Source of the DNA: the human T2T-CHM13v2.0 reference genome, Homo sapiens
NCBI RefSeq assembly: GCF_009914755.1
Contig: NC_060934.1
Strand: one strand, 5' to 3'
Length of the DNA: 64,000 bases
Below, piece after piece: positions 33,670 to 47,059 of the stretch. Each line of letters opens with the position of its first letter. The stretch's first letter is position 1. The translations under genes and the position numbers were made by a program. Below the pieces are notes generated by a model that was given only the letters and a program-made list of their open reading frames with translations, was not told where the DNA came from and made no database searches.

Positions 33670-33951
33670 TTAAGAGACAGGGTCTCTGTGTTTGTCACCC
33701 AGGCTGGGGTACAGCGGCATGATTATGGCTCTGAGCAGCCTCAACCTCTTTGCCTCAAGCGATCCTCCTGCCTCAGCTTCCCAAGTAGTTAGGACTACAG
33801 GCATAAGCCACCACGCCCAACTACTTTTTTTTTTTGTAGGGATGGGGTCTCACTATGTTGCCCAAGCTGGTCTTCAACCCCTGGGCTCAAGCAATCTTCC
33901 TGCCCTGGCCTCCCAAGCTGCTGAGATTACAGGTGTGAGCCACCATGCCTG
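33670..33951 (-). mobile_element. AluJ
   Basis: gagacagggtctc...ctcaagcgatcctcctgcctcagc...gggtctcactatgttgccc. Confidence 0.9.
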
Positions 33952-35516
33952 ATGGAGTTTTAATAGTAGTTACTGCATTGCACCAGCCAGATATTTCATC
34001 TGAGAAAAGTCAGGCACACTAGGTTCCATCATTCAATTACTATCCTATTAAGCTGAATTCAGTTATGAGTGTGTTTAGAGATGTGCATGTATCTTGTAGT
34101 CAACGCATGGATAACATGTGAATTCTATCCAAAGCAATAAGTGCTCTGCATACATTTAAATGCATGTCTTCTCATGTTTACTCTTCTGTAGTATTATTTA
34201 ACTATTTATTCATCTTTTGTTATATTGACTTATGAAAGACTTTGAACTCTTGTTGTAGAAAAGGTATTTGGAATTCCCATATCTATAACTAGATTAAGCT
34301 ACTCTAGGCTGAAATTGTGTCTTACATTTCACAGTATACCATGCACAACAAGCAGAGTGCTATGATCCATATGTATCTATTGAGTGAATCATTTATTAAT
34401 CTCAAATTACATCCCCAAATCCTGTTCTTTCCTTCCTTTGCCTTTTTTTCCTAGATATCAAGAAGCACACTGATTCTAGTTAAGTAGTTATTACTTTGAG
34501 CTCAGTTAAAGATACTAAATATTGGCACTCTTGGTGGCCCCCATTCCAAGCATCCTTTTATGTAAAAGAACTGTAATCCTATGAGCAAAGACCTGTAAAA
34601 CTGACTGCAGCTAAGGGAATTATGCCCCCATGCAGATAATGCTGTGGACCAAACAGTTCCGATAAGCAAACAAAATCTCTCAGACAATTATGTTCTTGTT
34701 TAAGGCCGTTTGCCTTGGAATTCCCAAAAGGATTCTGGAGGATTGCAAATTTGCTGGGGATGAAGAAAGAAAGTACTAGCTAGAGTTTAATAGATTATTG
34801 GATTAAGACAGGCCAGAAACAGTCAAACAAGAAAAGTATTATGCAAAACCTTCTAAGGTTCTAATCTCACCTTATTTCTATTTTGATTAATATTTTCCTG
34901 GGAAAGAAAAGATGGGGGTTTTTGTTGTTCTCTGACTACAATCCAGAGATAACATCTTTGCCTCCAGTTTTCATCAAGATAAAGACCTGGAAGACCCGAG
35001 CCAAAAGGAAGGAGCTGGAATTTTTTTTAAATCTTTCTTTCTGGTCTTTAAGGAAGTTATCTGAAAACCCACTGGTACTCTCCAATGGGTAAAGAATGAG
35101 ACAGAACTAGCAGAAAGTGTTAAAGCATTAGACAGGCAAATTAACTTAGAGACAGTGGGAGAATGATTCCATCTCCATTGATTTTCCAGTCTGTAAATAT
35201 GAAATGCTGGAAGGATACTTGTGACATTTGGAAAGTTTTATCTAGAAATCTCCAATTAATTTTAGAGTGCATAGCATACATCAATTAAACAGACTGCGGG
35301 GTTCATATTTCCTACACGGTCGTGACTCATCCTCGGAAGATCTGACCCATCAAGGATAATGATTTCATCTTGATATTGGTGACTAATATTTCTGTTTGTA
35401 TGTCCAGTGTCTGCTACAGAGCCTGACATAGAGTAAGTAAATGCTCAAACATATGGATAAATGAATCAATTAAAAACCTCATAAAATCTTTACCCTATTA
35501 ATCTTCCTCCTATAGC

Positions 35517-35846
35517 AGGGGTTGGTAAACTACAGCCTGTGAGACAAATCTGGCCACCACCAGTTCTTGCACAGGACACCAGCTAAAAATGTTTTCCCCC
35601 TACATTTTAAAACAGCTAAAAAAATTAGAATATTTTATGGAATATGAAAATTGTATGAAATTCAAATTTCAGTGTCCCGAATACAATTTTATTGGGACAC
35701 AGCTATGTCCACTCTTTTACCTATTGCCTATGGCTGCTTTCATGCCACAGAGGCAGAGTTGAATGGTGGTGGTGGAGATCATACAGCCCCTGAAGCCAAA
35801 AACATTGACTATCAGGCCCTTTATGGAAGAATTTTGCTGACCCTTA
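35517..35846. mobile_element. MER58B (hAT-Charlie MITE)
   Basis: caggggttggtaaactacagcc...aaattgtatgaaattcaaatttcagtgtcc...ggccctttatggaagaattttgctgaccc. Confidence 0.85.
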
Positions 35847-38327
35847 TTCTATAGAATGGAACTTGGGAACCCTTATCATTTGTCATTCATTCCATTGTTC
35901 ACTCAGTGGCTATTTACTGAGTATCTCCCATGCGTGCAGTGCTCTGTCCCATTCTGGGGATAAAACAGAGAGCTGAGAAAGATCCCTGCCTTGATGGAAC
36001 TCACAGTCTGGGTCTGGAGCAGCAGAAAGAGGCTCATCAAGTAACCTTCCAAGCACCTTTGCAATCACAACAGTGAGGAGAGCTAAGAAATGGTACATGG
36101 GGTAAGCTTCCATGATGTACTGATGGTTATGCTAATTACCAAAGACTGTCAAATCAGGACCCAAATTGTCTAGTGCCAAGGTGGATGTCTTTGCTCCTTC
36201 CTTTTTCTGCCCTGAGACACTCTTCATTCTCATTTGGGTTTCCCTTTTAGAATGACCTGTGACATGTGTCTTCTCCTCATGTGACACTCTTCCTCTTTCT
36301 AACCCCAGCACCTAGAACAAAGCCTGACACACGGGAGACACTCAGGGCATCACTGTTGAACAAATGAAAGAATTAATTCATTAGGAGAAGAAATGTAAGC
36401 AAATTCCTGGGCATCCCCAGGCCCCAGTTTTCTCATCAGTAGAATAAGAAGGATATGATGTACTCAAGCCTCCCAGCTCGGCATTCTGCAATTTGTCATG
36501 TCCTGAGAGCTGGACTCATCTGGCTTTCTGATTCACTCCTCTCTGTGGACATAAGGCAGACTCCCTCTGACTCAGCAGCCTGATGCATCTTCCTGAGTGA
36601 CACATGAACTCTGCCCAAGGCAAGGCGGCCAGCCCCAATCCATTCCACGGATCACTGCTGACAGTGAATGGGAGTATACCTGGGGGTTTTAGCCAAGGTC
36701 TGCTCAAGGTCTTTGGCATAAAGGGAGGCCAGGTTGAACACACACCAGCAGGAAGAGAGATGACCTTGACTTCATAAATTGGCCATAAATTAGAGCTAAG
36801 AATCAGGAAGATTCTCCTTCCATGCACATTTCTAAATGGCAGTTTCAAGGCAGGTGGCTATTTTAAAACACAGACACAAACTCATAATTCACCCTCTTTG
36901 TCCCCCACCCTCCTACATGCCATTGATCTTTCTTTTTTTTTTTTGGAATCCTGAAACATGATCTTTAAGAAAAGACAACTGGACTCCAGGATTACTTCCT
37001 AGCTCTTCCTCCTCTAGAAGCCACCATTTCTCTTCGCTATCTAGACCCCAGGGAAGTGGCTTTGGCAAAAGCACATTTGCACCCATGGATCATTTGGTTT
37101 TCTTGTCCTGTTAACTGCCTGGTTCTGCAGCACCCAGAGCCAGATAATAGAGGTGTTCCTTCACCAGCCACAGCTACTATCAGGATCCCTCTTAGTCCGG
37201 AGGTAACAGAAGCAACTGGTTGAACGTGTTTCCTCCTGGGAAATCCTAAATGTTCCATATGGCAATAGGGAATCTAGAGTTGTGTTTCTCCTTGTATTAG
37301 GGATATTTTCCCTCTTTCAGTTTCTTCCCATTTTTTCCCATCTAAAATATGTTTTTTCCACTTTGCTGAGATGAAGACCAGCCAGAGAGTCAAAGGAAAT
37401 GACAGACATGCCATAATAGAAAGAAAAAAATACAGACTTCTGAAGAATGAGTTGATTCATGCCATGAAAACTCACGATAAAAATATTCACTACTTTTTTT
37501 TGGCCACTTGTCATAGTGTGCTGCCTCTGCTAGGCAGCTGAAAGTGTCTCATATGAAAAGCTCTATTATCCTCCACAGAAATGACCTTTGGGACCCACCC
37601 AACGGTAGTCAATGGTAATATTATACTAACTTGCCCCCCAAGAGGAAAGAATGAAATAATAATACTTAAAATATGAATGCAGAGAAGTCCTCACTTAAAC
37701 ACAGTACTTCTGGTTCATAAATCAGTTCTGACACATTGAAGTACACATATGATGACTAGACGCAAGTTTATTAACACATTTTCTTTCTTTTTAGGTCTGA
37801 GAAACATATCTATTCAGAATCCATACATTTGTTCATTTTTTGAAGCTGACAGCTTGATAGGCAAAAAGTAAAGTGACAGATCATTTCAATATTTCTTTTA
37901 AATTCAAAACCAATTCAGTCAAAAGACCGAAGGAAAATATTCTACGGAGATAAAATGATAATGCAAACAATTGAAGACAGTCCTTTATTTTAGTGAAAAC
38001 AGGTAATGTCTGTACTCTGGAGTCGGGCTGACTTCCTCCTCTTAACCTGCCCTGCAAGTCCAATTAGAATGGTTTTCTGCGGGGAGTTGTTTTCCATTTA
38101 TACTTAGCCCGAACACGTATACCTACTTTTCAAACTCTTAGCTATTCACTTGACATTTGTCTTCTTCAGTCTTCACTAAATAGTCTTTGGACCCTTTGGG
38201 AGTCTTATAAGAGTTATTTTCTGAAAGTTAAAAACGTAGGACCTTATTTCGGCAGAGGTTAACTAAACCAGGCTTCAAAGAGGATTCTGAGGGCGACAGC
38301 CACTATAATGTCCATTCCTACTTTCCT

Positions 38328-38343
38328 TCACTAGGTGGCAGCA
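38328..38343 (+). promoter_or_regulatory. Candidate CTCF binding motif
   Basis: tCACTAGGTGGCAGCA matches the core CCASYAGRKGGCRSY except at position 1; lies in apparently non-repeat DNA. Confidence 0.55.
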
Positions 38344-38959
38344 CGTCACAACACATTTTTCAGAACAGTCTGGGGAAAATGCAGTTGAGCTAAAGTGAGG
38401 TTGGGGAGTCTCTGCGGGCTATGGGAGGAGGATACACATTAGGGCAGGTCAGTGCATGGAAAAGCTGGCGACACTTGTGTTTCCTATAGGTCCCCTTTGT
38501 TCCCAGTGGAGCTGGGGCCCTTCGTCTCTAACAAACCAGAAGTACTTGTACTAATGGAAGGGAGGCTATTTATTTCATAAAATAAATATAAACAAACAAG
38601 AAAATTGAAATAAGAAGTCCTCTGACCATGTGCACGTTGCTCCAGACACCAAAACATGAGAAAGCACTTCTGACCCAGTTTGTAAATTCGAGTTATAGTA
38701 TTTTACGTTTGCTAAAATATTCACCTACCACAGTAAGAATTTTTGTTTATCTGATGCAACCTGTTTGGTGTTATAGGCAGATGCTAAGTTACAGGCTTTG
38801 TGGTGGATACTGGGCAACAGATGTGGTAAGAAGGGGAGCAGCCCAAGATGAAATTTCCTCCAAAACACCAGAGGTTCCTGTCTCAAGCAGAGAAATCATA
38901 ATACTGCAACACATACTAGTTTGCAAAGGGCAAGTCGCTATGGCCAAAAATGATTGATT

Positions 38960-39108
38960 CAGAGGAAGAGGAAGGGAAGGAAGAAGAAAGAGAGGAAGAG
39001 GAGGGGAAGGACATGGAGGAGGGAAAAGAAAAGGAGAAGGAGGGAGAGGGAGAGGAGAAGGAGGAAGAGGATGAAGAGGAAGAAGAAAAGAAGGAGGGGA
39101 GGAGGAGT
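38960..39108 (+). repeat. GA-rich (GAG/GAA) low-complexity polypurine tract
   Basis: gaggaagaggaagggaaggaagaagaaagagaggaagag... Confidence 0.9.
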
Positions 39109-39231
39109 TTTAACTGAATACTGTATTTTTGCCTTAATGTAGGAAAGATGAAGGGGAGAAGGAGGTAACTGCTAGTGGACATTGAGAAGCTGTCAATACA
39201 GCAAGACCTTGCCAAAGGTTGATCAATAGCC

Positions 39232-39735
39232 TCTTTTTAAAATTAATACATAGTAGATGGATGTATTTTCAGTGTCTATGTGATAATTTGATACATCCAT
39301 ATTGTCAAACTAGGGTAACTGGGACATCCATCACCTTAAAATATTTATCTTTTCTACATGCTAGGAACATTGAAATTATTCTTTTGTAGCTATTTTGAAA
39401 TGTACAATTGATTCATGTTAACTTGTCACCCTAATGTTAACTGGTCACCCTACTGATCTATCAAACACCAAGTCTTATTTCTTCTATCTAAGTGTATATT
39501 TATTCCCATTAATCAACCTCTCTTCATCCTCCCCTCCTTCCTACCCTTCCCTGCCTCAGATAACTACCAATCTACTCTCTATCTTCATGAGATCCCCTTT
39601 TTTTTTAGCTCCCACATGTGAATGAGAACACGCAATATTTGTCTTTCTGTGCTTGGATTATTTCACTTAACACAACGACCTCCAGTTCCATCCACGGTGC
39701 CACAAATGACAGGGTTTCATTCTTTTTCATGGAAC
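39232..39735 (-). mobile_element. L1MA-type 3'UTR fragment
   Basis: tttgtagctattttgaaatgtacaa...ctcccacatgtgaatgagaacacgcaatatttgtctttctgtgcttggattatttcacttaac. Confidence 0.88.
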
Positions 39736-40084
39736 AGCCTTCCTTTGAAGAGAGACATTCACTCTCCTGCTAGAGACAGCCTCCACCTGGCCTGCTTCAC
39801 CCATTTGTTATCTTCTTGTCCCTGTAAGCATTTGTGTTTGCAATCTGGGGTTTATAGATTCATCTTTCCTATAGTAGGGCTAAAATATCTTAGTTTAAAC
39901 TCCAAGCCTAGGACAACAGCTGGCACATTACACTTGTTTTAAGGTTTGTTGAGTGAATGATGATAATAATAAAGATGATGATAATAATGAAACCGGCAAT
40001 ATTTATGAAGTTTCTTAACCAGGGCAGAGACTAGGGTAAGACAGTGATGCATCCAGGGAACAAAATTGAAAGGCATGCTCATTT

Positions 40085-40393
40085 TCTTTTTCTTTCTTTC
40101 TTTTTTTTTTTTAATTTTGAGACAGGGGCTGACTCTGTCCCCAGGCTGGAGTGCAATGGCATGATCTTGTCTCACTGCAGCCTCGACTTCCTCGAGCAAT
40201 CCTTCCACCTCAGCCCCCAAATAGCAGGAACTTCAAACATGCAGCATCATGTCTGGCTAATTTTTGTATTTTTTGTAGAGATGGGGTCTCACCATGTTGC
40301 CCAGGCTGGTCTCAAACTCCAGGACTCAAGCGATCCTCCCACCTCAGCTTCCCAAATTGCTGGGATTACAGGCATGAGCTGCTGCACCCAGCT
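40085..40393 (-). mobile_element. AluJ
   Basis: cactgcagcctcgacttcc...ggactcaagcgatcctcccacctcagc. Confidence 0.9.
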
Positions 40394-40743
40394 GAGGCCC
40401 TCGCTTTCAGGGTCACTTGCTTCATCTTGCTCCTAGCCTATTTATAACATAGGCCAGTTTTCTTTACATGATTTATCTCATTGGTAGGGCTTTTAAACAT
40501 TTCTGTCTCTCATCACATGTATGAGTTACTACTAAACCGTGGGTATATAGTAGTAATTAAAAGCTCAGGCGCTGAGATCACAAAGATGTGAGTTCGAATT
40601 CTTGCTGTATCACTTGCTGAAGTCATACAGCAAGTAAGACAGGTCACACAGGTCACCTCTCCAAGTTCCAAGTTCCTCTACCTGTGTGTTAGGATTAAAT
40701 GAGATAGGCCGGTAAAGAGCTTTGTCCAATACCTGCCACAAAA

Positions 40744-41062
40744 TATAGTCATGCATTGCTTAATGACAGGGATGTGTCATTAGGCAATTTTGTCATTGAG
40801 CAAACATCATAAAGTACACTTAGACAAACCTAGATTGTATAGCCTCCTACACACCTAGGCTATATGGTATAGCCTATTGCTCCTAAGCTACAAATTTGTA
40901 CAGCATTACTGTACTGAATACTGCAAGCAACTGTAACACAATGGTAAGTTTTGTGCATCTAAACATATAAAAGATACAGTAAAAATACATATTATAAGCT
41001 TATGGGACCACCATTGCATATGGGAATTGTTGCTGACAGAAACATTATGTAGCAGGACTGTA
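40744..41062. mobile_element. Tigger3a (MER7-type) MITE inserted in a MIR
   Basis: tatagtcatgcattgcttaatgacagggat...ctacacacctaggctatatggtatagcctattgctcct...gactgta; TA ends. Confidence 0.88.
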
Positions 41063-41256
41063 CATAGCAGCTATAATAATAATAACAATAACAAGAGCAA
41101 AAATAACTTATTTTATTCCTATTACATTTATAAGGATTTCAGAGAAAAATTCATGTTCAGGTCATCAAAATTGATTAGTAGCTATTGTATGCAAAACATA
41201 GTGCCAGACATTTAGAGGAATATAAAAGAATATATAACATAGCTGCAAATCTAGAC

Positions 41257-41429
41257 CAGGGATCAGCAAACTTTCTCTAAAAAGAAAGATAATAATTTTT
41301 TAAGGCTTTTTTGGGTCCTATCTTCTTCATGTCATTGCCATAAACAATATGTGAACGAATGAACATGGCTATGTTCCAAGAAAACTTTATTTACAAAAAC
41401 AGGCAGTAGGCCAGAGTGGCTAACTCCTG
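41257..41429. mobile_element. MER58A-like MITE
   Basis: cagggatcagcaaacttt...ggctatgttccaagaaaactttatttacaaaaacaggc...ctcctg; TSD-like atctagac / atctagtt. Confidence 0.75.
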
Positions 41430-41769
41430 ATCTAGTTGATGAGTCAGGACAGGTACATGTTACTTATAAAAACACAACCACATCAGAAGATCACCCATGA
41501 TCAAAAGAGTGGCTCAGACTATAGTGGTTTTGGAAGAGGCAAGTAACAGGATAATAACTGGTTGAGTGCAGGTAAGCAGAGAAGACAAGAAAGCAGCTGC
41601 TAGACAAGAAACTACCAAAACCATGGAGATGGAACATATCTGAGATTGGGTAGGAGTGGTTGGTAAGTAGGCTGGCTAGAGTGAAAATGGGAGAAATTCA
41701 CAAAAATGCAAACAGGGCTGGAGAAGAAGGCTAGGTGAGAATATAAAGAAGGAAGACCATGAGACTGAG

Positions 41770-42090
41770 TTTTTTGTTTGTTTAATTTAATTTAATTTTT
41801 TATTTTTATTTTTTTTTTAAGATGGGATTTCACTGTATTGCCCAGGCTGGAGTACAGTAGCACAACCACAGCTCACTGTAGCTTCAACCTCCAAGGCTCA
41901 AGCAATCCTCCCACCTCAGCCTCCTGAGTAGCTGGGACCACAGGTATGTGCCACCATGCCGGGCTAATTTTTTAAAAAAATTTTTGTAGAGACAGGGTCT
42001 CACTGTGTTGCCTAGGCTGGCCTCAAACGATCCTCTTGCCTTGGGCTCTCAAAATGCTGGGATTACAGGAGTGAGCCACCACACTCAGCC
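41770..42090 (-). mobile_element. AluJ
   Basis: aggctcaagcaatcctcccacctcagcc...gagacagggtctcactgtgttgcc. Confidence 0.9.
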
Positions 42091-42320
42091 AAGTTTTTAC
42101 AAAAAGGAAGTATCTGCTGTGCTCCCAATCTGGCCAGTGAGGTTTGCAATCCACTCAGGAAATAATAAGCTAATTTTACCCTTTATGAGCTGGGTTGCTA
42201 AATTCCTACCTGGCCTTAAAGGGGTAAGTCGAATTTAGTGATTGTGATATGGGAGCAAAGTGTCACCACACTAGTGTTTGGCATTTATTTCGAGTGATAT
42301 AGTGTGTCTTATGAAAAATG

Positions 42321-42657
<337 letters not shown>

Positions 42658-42828
42658 CTATCATCTGTTCTTACTCTCATGAGCAGGCTTGGGCCCAGGC
42701 CTGGGCATCTCAGTGTCTGCAAGTGAGATGACTGGGAAAGAAGATTTGTTCAAATAAGTCACCCTGCTATTGGAGAGAGGCTGGACCCTAAGAGAGCCCT
42801 TCCCTCGAGGAGCGGGCTGAGATACTGT

Positions 42829-42982
42829 ATCCCTGGGAGAAGGTTGGAGGTGAGGCTCCATCCCTGGGAGAAGGTCGGAGGTGAGGCTCCATCCCTGGGA
42901 GAAGGTCAGAGGTGAGGCTCCATCCCTGGGAGAAGGTCAGAGGTGAGGCTCCATCCCTGGGAGAACGTCGGAGGTGAGACTC
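42829..42982. repeat. 31-bp minisatellite, about 5 copies
   Basis: Unit atccctgggagaaggtcrgaggtgaggctcc starting at 42829, 42860, 42891, 42922 and 42953. Confidence 0.95.
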
Positions 42983-43484
42983 TAGGGATGAGTTAGAAAT
43001 TTGGCCTGGGACCTCCCTCCGCCCCTCTCCTTCCCTAATCTCCAACACACCCTGTATCTATTTTCCTGAATGAGTTGACCCTATCCTAATTTCAGAGAGT
43101 TTAGGAAGCGATATCAACCAAATTGGCTCTAGACAAAATACTAGTGACTAATAAAGTCAAGCAAAGGTGCTCATTCTTACTAGTAACCAAGGACTTGGAA
43201 TACCTTAGAAGGGGATTACAAGTGGAAGATCCAAGAGCTATGGGAAAAGGGTTCTGCTGTTCAAGTTGAAATTGTAATATGGAATATCATAGGATGAGTA
43301 TATCTCAAGATGTAAATGACTCAGATTTTAATCTCAAAAACATATGAAATAAAGGATTACATTAATAAGAATACTGATATTTAGGAGCACAAAATAGCAA
43401 GGTTTACTCTAATACCAGAATCCTGGAAACTTGCATAGCAGCTACAACTAGAATTCAAGTTCAGCCTCACCGTGGGCTGGACCA

Positions 43485-43759
43485 GCAGATCTCAAAGTGT
43501 GGCCCCCAGATCAGCAGCAGCAGCATCACTTGGGAATGTGTTAGCCATGCAGATCCTCAGGCCCCATCCCAGGTGTACTGAATCTGAAACTCTGGGGATG
43601 GAACACCCCAAATCTGTAATTTAACCAGACCTCTAGGTGACTCTGGTGCACTCAAAGTTTGAGAACCACTGGTCTATCTAGAATACATAGTGTGCTTGTT
43701 CCAAAGCAATTGTCCTTACCACGACCCAAAGAGCCTCACAGAATAGATTTCGGAAAGTA

Positions 43760-43827
<68 letters not shown>

Positions 43828-44210
43828 GAAGTTTCTCAGGTATTCAGGTATGTTCCTCTGGTTTAAGAACCACCACTGTGCCAGGCCTCTCAACAGTGGC
43901 TGCACAAGTGAAATTATTCAGAGAACTTGAAAACATTCTGGTGACTGAGTTCATCCCCAATTCTCATATGCTTGGTTAGAAATACAGTCTGGCCAGGAGG
44001 ACGTGTCAGAGTTCCTGGGTGATTCTAACATACTGCCAAGATCATTTAGCCCATAGAAGAATCACCAGGAGAATTTGTTAAAACAGATTCCTCAGCCCCA
44101 CCTTTCAGAGATTCTCCAGGTTTAGGGTTGAACTCCAACATTTTTATTTCTATTAAGCTCCCAGGCCATGTGCTGGCTTGCAGACCGCACCTCGAGTAGT
44201 CCTGCTCTAG
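43485..44210. mobile_element. Array of MER5-type MITEs flanking a (GT)n tract
   Basis: ctcaaagtgtggcccc...cagcagcatcacttggga...aagtttgagaaccactg; further copies at about 43855-44040 and 44050-44210. Confidence 0.75.
43761..43826. repeat. (GT)n microsatellite with 30 perfect units (43767-43826)
   Basis: Direct reading. Confidence 0.97.
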
Positions 44211-45121
44211 GAGAAACATGTTTATATTTTAGATACCTGAAATCTACTTTGGGCTGGGATGGCCAACTTTCCTCCATCTGTTCCTCCTCTAAATTCCTAT
44301 AAACTTACTGTTCTTTCTAGAGGACACTCCAATTAAGTTATTAACATCTTATAGAGGCAAGATCTATGTTTTCCCCATCTTTGGGTCACTCCTAGCACCT
44401 AGGGATTTGCACACAGTAGGTGTTCAGCTGAATAATGCAGTCGAATCCCTGAGCTGGTTTCAGGTGTTCATTTTCTCCCTGTCTGATCTGCTAGCCAGGT
44501 CAATCCATTATGGCCCTGGTCTCATGGAAAAGAATCAAGGCATCTATTTTTTGAAGATGATGTGAAGGTAAATATACGTCCAGTCCTAGAGATTTAGGTT
44601 GCTGAGGAGGCTGTTCCAATAATACCCCAGATGAAGTACAGCCATCTGGAGAGGTTTTGGCATCCATGCAAACCTACTGCTGAATTCGTTCCTTGAAGAC
44701 ATTCATTTTAGGATGGTATTTCCAATTTGGCATATAACAGAGCCATGCAAATCAATGAGGATTTAGAATCTCTACTTACGGAGGGCATCTTATTTAAAGC
44801 GTGTCCCTGACAAAGCAATATCAAGGGAACACAATTGGAAATCTCTTGGAGAGGAGTAATTTCTCTAGAAGCAGTTTTAGCTATAGCAGCGACCGGAACA
44901 GCAATGAGCTCCCTGAAATACATCCAAATTTTTAGTATTCCACTTGGCTGGGCTGCCTTCTTCAGAGCCCAATCATAGGGACAGAACTTAATAATGAGTT
45001 CATTTTTCTTGTCACACTAGAGCAATTCAGTTGCAATGCTATTCATAAGGTGTATGTTGCCATTGAATTCTTTCTCAAAAAAAAACAAAAAAAAAAAGCT
45101 CAAGCCAAGAGTAGAGCCCCA

Positions 45122-45474
45122 TGTCAGTCTATATGCGCTAACAAAATACCTTAGACTGGGTAATTTATAAACAACAGCAATTGATTGCTCACAGTTCTAA
45201 AGGCCGGAATGTCCCAGATCAAGGCGACAACAGATTCAGCATCTGGGGAGGGTTTTTTCTCTGCTCCATAGATGGCACTTTCTTGTTTCCCTGCATGGTG
45301 GGAGGGACAAACAGCCTCCCAAGGGCTTCTTTCATAAGGGCACCAATACCATTCCTGAGGGCTCCACCCTCATGATCTAATCATCTCCCAGAGGCCCCAT
45401 CTCCAACACGACGGCATTGGGATTTCATTTCAACACATACATTTGGGGCAGATACAAACATTCAGACCATAGCA
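45122..45474 (-). mobile_element. MaLR solo LTR, MSTD/MLT1A-like
   Basis: aacaaaataccttagactgggtaatttataaacaaca...ctcacagttct...acaaacattcagaccatagca. Confidence 0.85.
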
Positions 45475-45664
45475 GCCCATAACATCTAGCATGATACTAT
45501 TTCAACATGGACTAATGGTAAAAACATGGATTGTTTTTATTTATTTGGCTACTTGTATAGAATGGGTCAAGAAGCTCAGAAGAGGGGACTGGTGAACCTG
45601 GGGGAAAAAAGTAGTTTGGAGGCTGGTAAGTTATTAAAAATGTGTTAACTTGTAGCTTGAGAGA

Positions 45665-45860
45665 CAGCATAGTATCATATCAAGTAACATGGACTTTGGA
45701 GGTAGATTGCCTGAGATCAAAGCTGAGCTCTACCATTTACTCACTAGGTGACTCTCAGCAATTTATTTAACCTTCTGAAGCCTCAGTTTCCCCATCTGTA
45801 ATATGGGCCCCCAAATGACACCTATTTCATAGTACTGTTTGGAAGAGCACTTGAGACAAT
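45665..45860 (+). mobile_element. MIR
   Basis: ggactttggaggtagattgcctg...cctcagtttccccatctgtaa. Confidence 0.8.
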
Positions 45861-46440
45861 TATATACTGTATGTACATACACATACATACATATATATAC
45901 ACATATATGTAATATGTGTAATATGAACACATCTAACTTTATTCTAGTTATGGAAGCACTTTTCTTTTGGATTTCTCTTTCTCTCAAACCCCCCAACCCC
46001 CACTCTCCTAAGGACACCTGGCCCAAAAAGGGAAATCATACTTTTTCTTTTCTTTATTTCACTATTCTTATTCTAAAGAAACCCACAGACTACAGACAGC
46101 AGTTTACTTAGAAGGCTCTGGGCTTCAGGGAATCTAGATGTCCAAGTTGAAAGTCAGCTGCCTGGAACATGGAGTGGGTGACCTCTGGGGGCACTCAGGG
46201 GCCCTTCCTTCCAGGCTTCGGGCACTGTCACTGAGAAGCAACTCCCTTGGGGGAGGGGTGCTTTTGGTCATAGCGGTTGAGTCAAGTTATCAGATGTCAA
46301 ATAGCTTATAGGAGTTCAAAGTGAGCCTATCTCCACCACTGCTAACCACGAACTGCCCATCTGAGCATGATGAAATTGGCCCCCTTCCCCTCTCCCCTTG
46401 CTACTTAATTGCTCACAAATCCAGCAAATTGCAGGACCAG

Positions 46441-46456
46441 CCTCTAGGGGGCACCA
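46441..46456 (+). promoter_or_regulatory. Candidate CTCF binding motif
   Basis: CCTCTAGGGGGCACCA, a near-consensus CTCF core in apparently unique DNA. Confidence 0.6.
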
Positions 46457-46809
46457 GAGACCTTTCCTTTCAGAGCCCAAAATGCCATTTCAGTAGCAGC
46501 AGAGTAGTGTGTCCTGGAGCTGGAGCATGGTCCAGTGTCTCTTGTGCTTTTTGGCCTACTGAGTCCTTAAGTATATTTAATTTAATTTGGGTAGGGTGGT
46601 AGAGGGTTCCTTTTAACAGTGTATTCATGATTTCTCTAGCATTTCTTCAGGAAAGTTATTTATTTCTTTTAGATATAGAATTTTTACCATTGGTCCATTC
46701 ACTCAAAATCACTTCAAAAAACATTTGCTAAGCTTCCACTATGTGCAAGAGTGTCCTGGGCATACAAAAAGTAAAAAGCCATGGTGTGTGCTGTCACAGA
46801 CTCATTCTA

Positions 46810-46990
46810 GAGCAGCGTGGTCCCACAGAACTGTCTATGATGATGGAATGTTCCACATCTGTGCTGTCCAGCTCCGCAGCCAATGAGCCACATGGGGCTC
46901 TTGAGTACCTGAAAAACAGCTGGTAGGATGGAGGAACTGAGCTTTTAAATAGGCAAATGTGGCTAGGAGCTACCATACTGGACAGCACAG
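46810..46990. mobile_element. MER3-like hAT MITE
   Basis: tgatgatggaatgttc..atctgtgctgtcca...gagccacatg...atgtggctaggagctaccatactggacagcacag. Confidence 0.75.
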
Positions 46991-46992
46991 TG

Positions 46993-47035
46993 TATTAGTT
47001 TGGTGCAAAAGTAATTGTGGTTTTGGCCATTTTTA
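46993..47035. mobile_element. MADE1 (Hsmar1-derived mariner MITE), one arm only
   Basis: tattagtttggtgcaaaagtaattgtggttttggccatt matches the Hsmar1/MADE1 TIR. Confidence 0.8.
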
Positions 47036-47059
47036 AGTGGATTGGTAAGCCTGGCTATT

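Noticed and set aside
42829-42982. Regular ~31-bp repeats as a CRISPR-like array
   Set aside because: Units are head-to-tail with no unique spacers, in a eukaryotic intron; this is a minisatellite.
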